From PVC group bacterium (lineage in GTDB: Bacteria; Auribacterota; Erginobacteria; Erginobacterales; Erginobacteraceae), in the NCBI GenBank assembly GCA_043804695.1, contig JAZDIV010000149.1, positions 1 to 33,664 on the forward strand: 33,664 bases of DNA, in the 5' to 3' direction. The notes beneath the pieces are model-generated. The model was not told the origin of the DNA, ran no database searches, and saw nothing but the letters and a program-made list of their open reading frames with translations. Made by a program: the position numbers and the translations under genes. Shown here in pieces: positions 26,962-33,664 of this stretch; position 1 is the stretch's first letter, and every line of letters begins with the position of its first letter.

Positions 26962-27076
26962 GTGGCACAGACATTCCTGTCTGTGTCAGCTTCACAGGCA
27001 GGAATGCCTGTGTTACTTTTCACAGGCAGGAATGCCTGTGTCGCCCTTGGCGCACAGACAGGAATGTCTGTGCTAC
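26962..27076. repeat. Cluster of four REP-like 20-bp palindromes (BIME/REPIN-like)
   Basis: CACAGACATTCCTGTCTGTG (26966-26985) and three inverted copies (26993-27012, 27021-27040, 27053-27072); outer copies have GTGG/GTAG 5' tails. Confidence 0.85.
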
Positions 27077-27097
27077 CTATCTCTCCATCCGGGTTAT

Positions 27098-27835
27098 TTA
27101 TTTCCCGTCCAGGATCATGAACGCCCGCAGGGCCGCCCGGATCGCGTTCTCCGGGTCAACCGGCTTGACGATCGGTTTCCCGGCCCAGGTCTGCCCGATG
27201 ATGGTTGCCAGGGCGCCTACCCGGACTTTCCGGAGCGACCCGATCACGAAGAGGGCGGCCTCCTCCATCGAGGTGGAGATGACGTTGGCCCGGAACCAGG
27301 TCTTCCAGAGCGCTTCGTTGACCTCCTGCTGGGCCGCGTATCCCTCCTCCTCGGAGTAAAAGGCATCCTTACAGTGGGTGATGCCGAGATGGTAGGGGTA
27401 CCCGAGTTCTTCAGCAGCCTGCCGGAGAGCAAACAGCACGTCCGGATCGGAGACGGCGGGGTAGGAGAGGGGAACGTACTGACGGGTTGTTCCCTCTTCC
27501 CGGATTGCCCCGGTGGCGATGGCCAGATGGCCGATGGCGACTTCCTCCTGGAGCGATCCGGCGGTTCCCACCCTGATGAAGGTGTCGGCGCCGATCTTGA
27601 TCAGTTCTTCGAGGGCGATCGCCGCCGAGGGGCAGCCGATACCGGTCGAGGTTACGGAGACCTTGATCCCCTCCACGGTCCCGGTAAAGGTCCTGAACTC
27701 GCGTTTGAAGGCCATCTCCCGGGGGTTATCAAAATAGCGGGCGATCTTTTCCGACCGGCCCGGATCGCCGGGGAGGAGGACGTACCGTCCGACATCACCG
27801 GGCGCCAGATCAATGTGATACTGTTTTTCAGTCAT
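27098..27835 (-). CDS. udp: Uridine (nucleoside) phosphorylase
   Basis: QYHI, LLPGDPGR, KREFRT, STGIGCPSAAIALEEL, IRVGTAG, SMEEAALF. Confidence 0.88.
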   Translation of the reverse strand: MTEKQYHIDLAPGDVGRYVLLPGDPGRSEKIARYFDNPREMAFKREFRTFTGTVEGIKVSVTSTGIGCPSAAIALEELIKIGADTFIRVGTAGSLQEEVAIGHLAIATGAIREEGTTRQYVPLSYPAVSDPDVLFALRQAAEELGYPYHLGITHCKDAFYSEEEGYAAQQEVNEALWKTWFRANVISTSMEEAALFVIGSLRKVRVGALATIIGQTWAGKPIVKPVDPENAIRAALRAFMILDGK

Positions 27836-27875
27836 GGTCTTGTTCCTCCTATACTTTTTCCGAAGAAAAGAAAAA

Positions 27876-27903
27876 AGTATAACAATCTTTTTCTAAAAAT
27901 CAA
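27876..27903 (-). promoter_or_regulatory. Putative sigma70 promoter (extended -10) for udp-fabD
   Basis: Minus strand TTGATT-16 nt-TATACT with TGn directly before the -10. Confidence 0.5.
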
Positions 27904-27939
27904 GCCAAGAGGATCTTAGCGCCTTCGGCGCAACTTGGT

Positions 27940-28057
27940 TACGGCAACGGTAACGATGCCCGTTTCGGTAAAGGTAACGGTAACGGCCACCCCGCCTGGC
28001 GCACGTAACCGTAACCGGCAGACGAAACGGGCCTCGTAACCGTAACCGTAGCCGTTA
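27940..28057. repeat. Inverted-repeat element of (G/C)GTAAC hexamers
   Basis: ACGGTA runs on the left, CGTAAC runs on the right, internal perfect IR GCCCGTTTCG (27958-27967) / CGAAACGGGC (28023-28032). Confidence 0.75.
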
Positions 28058-28078
28058 TTGAAATTCCGAAGCAGCACG

Positions 28079-29908
28079 TTATTGATTTTCACGCGAGATT
28101 ATGCCCAGATCCCTCCTCAAGTCGAGGTTGCCGGGGTCCTGTTCCAGCGCCCGCTCCCAGTAGAGCCGGGCCTGGTCCGGTTCTCCCAGCCGGTAGTGGC
28201 AGTAGCCAAGGCCGGTGATGGCGGGGATAGAGTCATGGTTGCGGGCGAGGGCTTCCCGGTAGGCGTCGATGGCCTGGCGGTAGTTGCCGGTCTGGAGCAG
28301 GATTTCACCCAGGTTGATGTAGCCGTCCGGATCGTAGGGGCGGGCGGTAATGTATTTTTGTATCTCCTGGAGCGCCCTGGCTGTTTGCCCCGTGCGGAGG
28401 TAGAGGGTGCTCAGGTTTATCAGGACCAGGGGGTCGCCCGGGTTGAGCCGGGCGCTGGTCTCAAACTGGGCCAGCGCCTCCTCAAACTGCCCCTGTTCTC
28501 CATAAGCCACGCCGAGGCTGTTGTAGAAGAGCGGTTCGCGGCTGAAGATGTCGATCGCTTTCAAAAACTGTTCGACTGCCGCGCCCGATCTGCCCAGCCG
28601 GAAATATTCATTCCCCAGACCGTGATGCGCCTTGGAACTCCGGGGACTGGCCTCGACCGCGCGGGTAAAAAGGGCGAGGTTGTCCTTCCAGTCCCGGTTC
28701 CGGCTGACCGTGCCGGCCGCCAGCGCCAGCAGGAGCACCCCGACCGCCGCCCGGGTGAGCGCCCTCTTCCCGGCGCCTGCCAGGCAAGCGGTTAACGCCA
28801 CCGCCGCCCAGAGCGAGAACCCGAGCATCGGCAGGTAGGCGAATCGCTCCGCTCCCAGGCGGGAGTTCGGGACCAAGTTCAGCACCGGGAGGAGAGCCAG
28901 AACGAAAAATGTGAGGCCGAATGTCCCGGCCCGATTTTTCCCCCGGAGCCAGGCCGTTAAAAGGAAGGCCGCCGTCAGCAGGGCAGGGACGAGAAGCCAG
29001 CCGCTCCAGGCCACCGGAGGCAGCGGGTCCGCGTATTCCACCGTGAGGTTCACGGGGAAGAAAACCAGACGCCCGTAAAGACCCAGGCCCTTGAAGACCA
29101 GGAAGAACCGGGTCAGGGCATTCCCGAATTCCGGCGCCGCCGGCAGAGTGTCCCGCTGGTAAAGGAGGAGAAAACGGGCTGCGAGGTAAGCGCCGGCAAT
29201 GAAAAAGAAACCGATCACCCGCGGCCGGAAGAGTTCCTTCACCCTCCGTCGGCGAAGGATCAGTTCCTCGCCGGCGATGACCAGGGGGAGGGTGACCGCC
29301 ATCTCCTTGGCAAGAAGCGCGAGTATAAAAAATATAACCGAGAGAGAATAAAGTGCCGGATGTATCCATGACCGATCCGTGTCTTTGATCGGAGACTTGC
29401 ATTCATCGTCTCTTTTTTCCGCTCTCTCGCTTTTGATGTACATCAAAAGCGAGAGAGCGAAAAAAAGAGTACAGAGGATGTCCTCCCGGAAGGAGATGCC
29501 GTCGACCGCCTCGGTCTGGACCGGATGGATGATGAAGACCAGTGCCGCCAGCAGGGCTCCTTCCGGCCGGGGAAGGATTTTTTTGGCCAAAAAATAAAGG
29601 GCGATCCCGGACAGGAGATGGAGGATGAGGCTGGTCAGGTGGTAACTTGCCGGGTTCCCCCTGAACAGGGAGTAGTCGCAGAAGTAAGTGAGGGTGACCA
29701 GGGGCCGGAAAGAATACTCTTCGGAGCGGAGGTAGTAATCCCGGGAGAAAAAACGGCCGAGGTTCTTCCAGTCCCGGATGAAGAGGTTCTCCTCGACCGT
29801 GACCGTGTCGTCGTAGACGAACCCGTTGCCCAGGGAGTTCCAGTAAACCCCGGTCCCGACCAGGATCAGGATGATGACGTGGATGAGATATTTTTTCGCT
29901 TTGGGCAT
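28079..29908 (-). CDS. TMTC-like GT-C protein glycosyltransferase with C-terminal TPRs
   Basis: NGFVYDD, FRPLVTLT, HPVQTEAV, ALLAKE, AERFAYLP, RNRDWKD followed by TPR repeats; start moved to 29908 because upstream codons are repeat-derived. Confidence 0.82.
   Translation of the reverse strand: MPKAKKYLIHVIILILVGTGVYWNSLGNGFVYDDTVTVEENLFIRDWKNLGRFFSRDYYLRSEEYSFRPLVTLTYFCDYSLFRGNPASYHLTSLILHLLSGIALYFLAKKILPRPEGALLAALVFIIHPVQTEAVDGISFREDILCTLFFALSLLMYIKSERAEKRDDECKSPIKDTDRSWIHPALYSLSVIFFILALLAKEMAVTLPLVIAGEELILRRRRVKELFRPRVIGFFFIAGAYLAARFLLLYQRDTLPAAPEFGNALTRFFLVFKGLGLYGRLVFFPVNLTVEYADPLPPVAWSGWLLVPALLTAAFLLTAWLRGKNRAGTFGLTFFVLALLPVLNLVPNSRLGAERFAYLPMLGFSLWAAVALTACLAGAGKRALTRAAVGVLLLALAAGTVSRNRDWKDNLALFTRAVEASPRSSKAHHGLGNEYFRLGRSGAAVEQFLKAIDIFSREPLFYNSLGVAYGEQGQFEEALAQFETSARLNPGDPLVLINLSTLYLRTGQTARALQEIQKYITARPYDPDGYINLGEILLQTGNYRQAIDAYREALARNHDSIPAITGLGYCHYRLGEPDQARLYWERALEQDPGNLDLRRDLGIISRENQ
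29410..29469. repeat. 60-bp near-perfect palindrome inside the TMTC-like CDS
   Basis: Perfect over 29420-29459 (CGCTCTCTCGCTTTTGATGT/ACATCAAAAGCGAGAGAGCG); one mismatched pair over 60 bp. Confidence 0.9.
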
Positions 29909-30011
29909 AGGTAGAGAGCATAGCGCATAGCGCAAAGGGCATAGGGCATAGAGCATAGCGCCGAGAGCCAGATACCTGGCGCTATGCGCTATGCTCTATG
30001 CGCTCTGCGCC
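29904..30011. repeat. Inverted array of GCATAGN heptamers
   Basis: GCATAGC/GCATAGG/GCATAGA tandem units, then inverted GCTATGC/TCTATGC units. Confidence 0.8.
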
Positions 30012-30012
30012 T

Positions 30013-30357
30013 TTACGGGACCATCGCGATAATCCGGCAGCCGCAGGATTCCATCTCGACCGCGCGCCAGGGGAAGGCCCCGATCCAGCACCGCCGGTTG
30101 CTGAGCCGGTCGATGTCGCCTCCCAGGCATTCGGCGTGGACGATTTTCTTCGGGAAGAGCTTGAGGTGCATCACCTGGTAGTAATAGTCGGGGGGGAACA
30201 TCTCATCCCATTTCTTTCCGTTCTCTTTTTCGAGTTTGGCCTCGGCCCGGGCGAAATGGTCCGGCTGCCATTTGCGGATAATGGTATTCATGGGATGATC
30301 AGCGCTGCCGCAGTCGACACCGATCCACTTGAACTTTAAAAACTCTTCCATCTTCAT
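30013..30357 (-). pseudogene. Cyclase (kynurenine formamidase-like) family gene lacking its N-terminal catalytic half
   Basis: KWIGVDCGSADHPMNT, IVHAECLGGDID, IGAFPWR...CRIIA match a cyclase C-half; no HxGTHxD motif; only ~114 codons after AAGGAG. Confidence 0.65.
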
Positions 30358-30379
30358 CATCGTCTCCTTGAATTTATTT

Positions 30380-30408
30380 GTCATTGCGAGCGATAGCGAA
30401 GCAATCCG
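30380..30408. repeat. GTCATTGCGAG...GAAGCAATC REP-like palindromic element
   Basis: GTCATTGCGAGCGATAGCGAAGCAATC with ATTGC/GCAAT arms. Confidence 0.5.
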
Positions 30409-30464
30409 ATGCGTAGCATCGTCCTGTCGCAGATATCGAAAGAATTGATTAGCTTTACTTGAGT

Positions 30465-31892
30465 CTATGGCTGGTTCATATGCTCCGGGGTTTCTTCATT
30501 CCCCTGATTGCCGGGGGAGGGCGCGGGGGAGAGCTTGATCTCCCGGAAGATGGTTTCAAAAAAATGTTCTTCCCTCCCGGCTTCTTCCTGCCGTCGCGGT
30601 TCGGGTGTGCCGTCGAGCTGCCTCAGGGCTTCCCCCGCCTGTCGTCCCGTCTCTCCCTCCGGGTCGAGGCCGGCGGCCTGTTCAAAAAAGGATCTGGCCT
30701 CGATGGTATCCCGGGTACGGAGGCGCAGCTGGCCGAGATCGAGATAGACCTCGGCGTCGCGCGGGTCAAGCTCGCTGGCCCGGGTCAGGGCGTTTTCCGC
30801 CTCTTTCAGCCGGTCCTGGGCGAGAAAGAGTTCCCCGGCATGCCGGTAGTAAAGGGCGTGATCGGGTTCCAGGTTCAGAGCCCAGAGAAAGGAGGTGGCG
30901 GCCAGATCGTACTCCCCCTTTGCCATCCGGGCTTTTCCTAATAGATCGTAGGACGCGGCCTCCCGGGGGGCCAGGGCGACAGCTTTCTCCAGGAGCCTGA
31001 TAGCGTCATCCGGGTTATCCTGCTGGAGAGCGACCTCCCCCAGGCGGATGTAGGCCGGGGCGAATTCGGGGTCCCGATCGATGATGGAACGGTACGCTTT
31101 CTCCGCTTCTTCAAAACGGCCCGCCCGGAAATAGATGGCACCGGAAAACACGGAGGCCAGGATCAGATCCGGATCGAGGCTGCGGGCCAGCCGAAACTCC
31201 TCCAGCGCCAGCTCCGTTTTTCCGAGTTCCTGGCGGATGATCCCCAGGTTGAGATGGCCTTTGGCGTAATCGGGGTTCAGCTGGACGGCTTTCTGCAGCC
31301 ACTCTTCGGCGGCGGCCGGTTTATTCTTCTGAAGGTAGGCCATGCCCAGGTTGTTGAGCGCCTCCGGGTAATGGGGCCTGATGCTGACGGCTTCGGTGAA
31401 GGCGGTGATCGCCTCGTCGAAGATGTTTAATTGTCCCAGGGCCACACCCAGTTCGTTCCGGTAGGATGCGTTGTCCGGGGAGAGTTGGGCGGCCTTCCGG
31501 AAAGACCAGACAGCGTCCTCCCGCCGTCCCCCCCGGGCCTGGGCCATGCCGAGGTCTTTCCAGGTTTCATCCAGTGTCGGATTGATGCGGACCGCCGCCT
31601 CTCCGAACTGGATCGCTTCCGCGTTCCGGCCGGTGAGGAGGCAGATCCGGCAGAGCCCCGCCGCGGCCTCTTCGGATTCGGGGTTTTCCTTCCGGACTTT
31701 TCGAAAGGCGGCCTCGGCCTCTCCCGTCAGTCCGGCGGAGAGATATTCCTGTGCCCGGCGGATCTGTTCCCGGGAGGCCGCCTGATCGTTCGCCCTTCCC
31801 CCCCGCATTTCCTGAGAGATCTCTTTACCGCACCCGGCCAGGAGGAGAAGCAGGATGCCGATCCACACCACTGAATTCTGGAGAGAATTCAT
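30465..31892 (-). CDS. TPR-repeat lipoprotein
   Basis: Lipobox LLLLLAGC followed by about 11 TPR units. Confidence 0.85.
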   Translation of the reverse strand: MNSLQNSVVWIGILLLLLAGCGKEISQEMRGGRANDQAASREQIRRAQEYLSAGLTGEAEAAFRKVRKENPESEEAAAGLCRICLLTGRNAEAIQFGEAAVRINPTLDETWKDLGMAQARGGRREDAVWSFRKAAQLSPDNASYRNELGVALGQLNIFDEAITAFTEAVSIRPHYPEALNNLGMAYLQKNKPAAAEEWLQKAVQLNPDYAKGHLNLGIIRQELGKTELALEEFRLARSLDPDLILASVFSGAIYFRAGRFEEAEKAYRSIIDRDPEFAPAYIRLGEVALQQDNPDDAIRLLEKAVALAPREAASYDLLGKARMAKGEYDLAATSFLWALNLEPDHALYYRHAGELFLAQDRLKEAENALTRASELDPRDAEVYLDLGQLRLRTRDTIEARSFFEQAAGLDPEGETGRQAGEALRQLDGTPEPRRQEEAGREEHFFETIFREIKLSPAPSPGNQGNEETPEHMNQP

Positions 31893-31896
31893 TATT

Positions 31897-31923
31897 CTAA
31901 AATTTTTCGGAGGAAAATTTTAG
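31897..31923. promoter_or_regulatory. AT-stem hairpin with C-GGA-G loop at the TPR lipoprotein start
   Basis: CTAAAATTTTTC-GGA-GGAAAATTTTAG. Confidence 0.5.
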
Positions 31924-31946
31924 GAGATCATTACTCGGGCAGGCTC

Positions 31947-33158
31947 CTAGAACCTCATCGCGTCCAGATCGACCAGTTTTCCGTGGCTGACCAGGTATTT
32001 CACTTCCCGGTGGTTGCGGAAGGCTTCCAGGACGTTTTCATCCTGGAGGACGACCAGGTTGGCGACGTTGCCGACCTTCATCCCGAAGTCCGCCACGCCC
32101 ATGGCCCTCGCCACCTCGACCGTGATCATGTCGTAGAGCGTCTCCCTGTCTTCCCCGGTCGTCATCCAGAGGAGGTGCGAGTTGAGGAAGGCGACCTCGA
32201 GCATGTTGTTCCGCCCGTAGGGATAGTAGGCGTCGGAGACGTCGTCCTGCCCCAGGCAGACCAGGGCGCCTTCCCGGAGCATGTCCTTGACCCGGGCGTG
32301 GAGGGGGCCGGTATGGGGATCGCTGACCACGCCCAACCGCGCCCGCTTGAGGAGAGCCACCAGCTTCATGAAATAGGGGTCCGGGTACATGCACATGGCC
32401 CGGGCGTGGTGGGCGAGGACCCGCCCCTCCCAGCCCTTCTCGATGGTCTTCAGGGCCAGCATCTCGAGGGTGCGGAGGCCTGGGTCGCCCGCGTCGTCGA
32501 CCAGCATGGAGACGTTCCTGTCGTATTCGACGGCCAGGTCGACCATCCGGTCGATGTGCTCCTGCTCGGCGGCTTCGGTGTACTCGATCCAGGGGATCCC
32601 TCCCACGACGTCGGCTCCCATCTCCAGGGCTTCCCTGACCAGCCGGGCGGCGCCCGGCTCCCTCACGACGCCGTCCTGGGGAAAGGCGACGACCTGGAGT
32701 TCGACGATGCCCTTAAATTCTTCCCGAGCCTTGAGCAGCGCCTTGATCCCTTCCAGCTTCGCCTTGCTGTCGACATCGGCCAGGGCCCGGATGTGGGTGG
32801 TCCCGTTGAGGGCGGCCAGCTTGACGGCTTTTCTCACGTTGGGGAGGATCCATTTTTCGTCGTATTTTTCTTTGATCTTGGCGGCCGCCTCGATGGCGGT
32901 CATCGCCTTCCCCATCCCCTCGTCGTGGTAATCCTTCAGGGCGTCCTCGCTCATCATCATCAGGGTGTAGACCTTGCAGAGATGAAGATGGGCGTTGAGA
33001 AATGATTCCGTGACCAAGTTTCCCCCGGCGTCGATCTCGGTTTTTGCCGGCCCGGCGATCTGGTCGGCGATTTTTTCGATTTTTCCGCCGCTGACGGCGA
33101 TATTCCAGGTGCCGTCCTTCTTCCGGAGCCGGGCATTCTTGATCAACAGGTCCATCAT
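31947..33158 (-). CDS. Amidohydrolase, cytosine/creatinine deaminase-like family
   Basis: LLIKNARL, NAHLHLCK, GTTHIR, QVVAFPQDG, ADVVGGIP, LGQDDVSDAYYPYG, ANLVVL; AAGGAGG RBS. Confidence 0.85.
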   Translation of the reverse strand: MMDLLIKNARLRKKDGTWNIAVSGGKIEKIADQIAGPAKTEIDAGGNLVTESFLNAHLHLCKVYTLMMMSEDALKDYHDEGMGKAMTAIEAAAKIKEKYDEKWILPNVRKAVKLAALNGTTHIRALADVDSKAKLEGIKALLKAREEFKGIVELQVVAFPQDGVVREPGAARLVREALEMGADVVGGIPWIEYTEAAEQEHIDRMVDLAVEYDRNVSMLVDDAGDPGLRTLEMLALKTIEKGWEGRVLAHHARAMCMYPDPYFMKLVALLKRARLGVVSDPHTGPLHARVKDMLREGALVCLGQDDVSDAYYPYGRNNMLEVAFLNSHLLWMTTGEDRETLYDMITVEVARAMGVADFGMKVGNVANLVVLQDENVLEAFRNHREVKYLVSHGKLVDLDAMRF

Positions 33159-33261
33159 TTATATCCTCCTTTTATAAATTAACTCGCTGCGCTCGCAAAT
33201 TTATATGTATGGTATATTATAGTATCGGGAGGTTGTAGTCATAGAAAAATATCATGGAAGA

Positions 33262-33515
33262 ATGACGCTCAAGCACCGAAGACGACGGCGGACGGCGGTA
33301 TTTTTCCTGATTTTCGCATTTATCGGTGCTGCCGTTTACGCCCCTTCCTTCACGGCTTCATTCCATTTTGACGACCGGCCGTCGATCGTGGAGAACCGGG
33401 CCCTTTTTTTCCCGCCGGTGTGTCCGCATTGTGGGCCTTCTGGCCCACCGGGTTTATCGTCTATCTGACCTTCAGTTTTGATTATCCGGAAGGCCAGTAT
33501 TTTATTTCTACTTGA
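33262..33515 (+). pseudogene. N-terminal fragment of a second TMTC-like GT-C gene (frameshifted, truncated)
   Basis: TM helix then VYAPSFTASFHFDDRPSIVEN; after a T7 run (33404-33410) another frame continues LWAFWPTGFIVYLTFSFDY and stops at 33515. Confidence 0.6.
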
Positions 33516-33664
33516 ACAAATGCGATCAATGTCGCGTCTCATTTTAAATGAGACTGGCGTTTCAGGTAAATGAGAATAGGATATCATCATTTCTCTGGTA
33601 ACGCACACCCAAAGTAGACCTCCCCCCATCTCCCCCGGTCCCGGACACTGATCAAGATTGTCGA

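Noticed and set aside
26962..27076. Mini CRISPR array
   Set aside because: Units are 20 bp with only 7-12-nt gaps and mixed orientation; fits REP elements
29909..30181. MLYALCPLRYALC / MRYALCALR peptides and N-terminal extensions of several ORFs
   Set aside because: Translations of intergenic repeats; better starts lie downstream

Overview
GC-rich chromosomal DNA from a diderm, probably anaerobic bacterium (OprO/P-type porin, lipoprotein, ferredoxin-dependent enzymes). The left arm carries a GcvT-serine hydroxymethyltransferase fusion gene. Divergent from it is a five-gene amino-acid fermentation cluster: ADP-forming acyl-CoA ligase alpha, IorA, IorB, ligase beta, class-III PLP enzyme. Next come the 3' remnant of a group II intron, a GT-C-like membrane gene, a stand-alone cNMP-binding protein and a 2.4-kb IS4/IS50-like element. 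The IS transposase has an N-terminal DUF4338-like domain and an A9 frameshift, and the element sits in the centre of a REP-like palindrome. The middle holds lipoate genes (ligase, lpdA, lipA), a Ca/Na antiporter, a porin, a DinG/YoaA helicase, an AT-rich TPR gene next to an orphan FG-GAP-like gene tail, a CDF transporter, fabD and udp. The right arm holds a TMTC-like glycosyltransferase-TPR gene, an internally deleted cyclase, a TPR lipoprotein, an atypical cytosine-deaminase-family amidohydrolase and a TMTC-like fragment. Intergenic DNA is dense in palindromes and short-unit inverted repeats, including a recurrent AT-stem hairpin with a C-G(G/A)A-G triloop next to gene starts. No rRNA, tRNA or CRISPR array was seen. 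All product calls are from motif recognition, not database searches.
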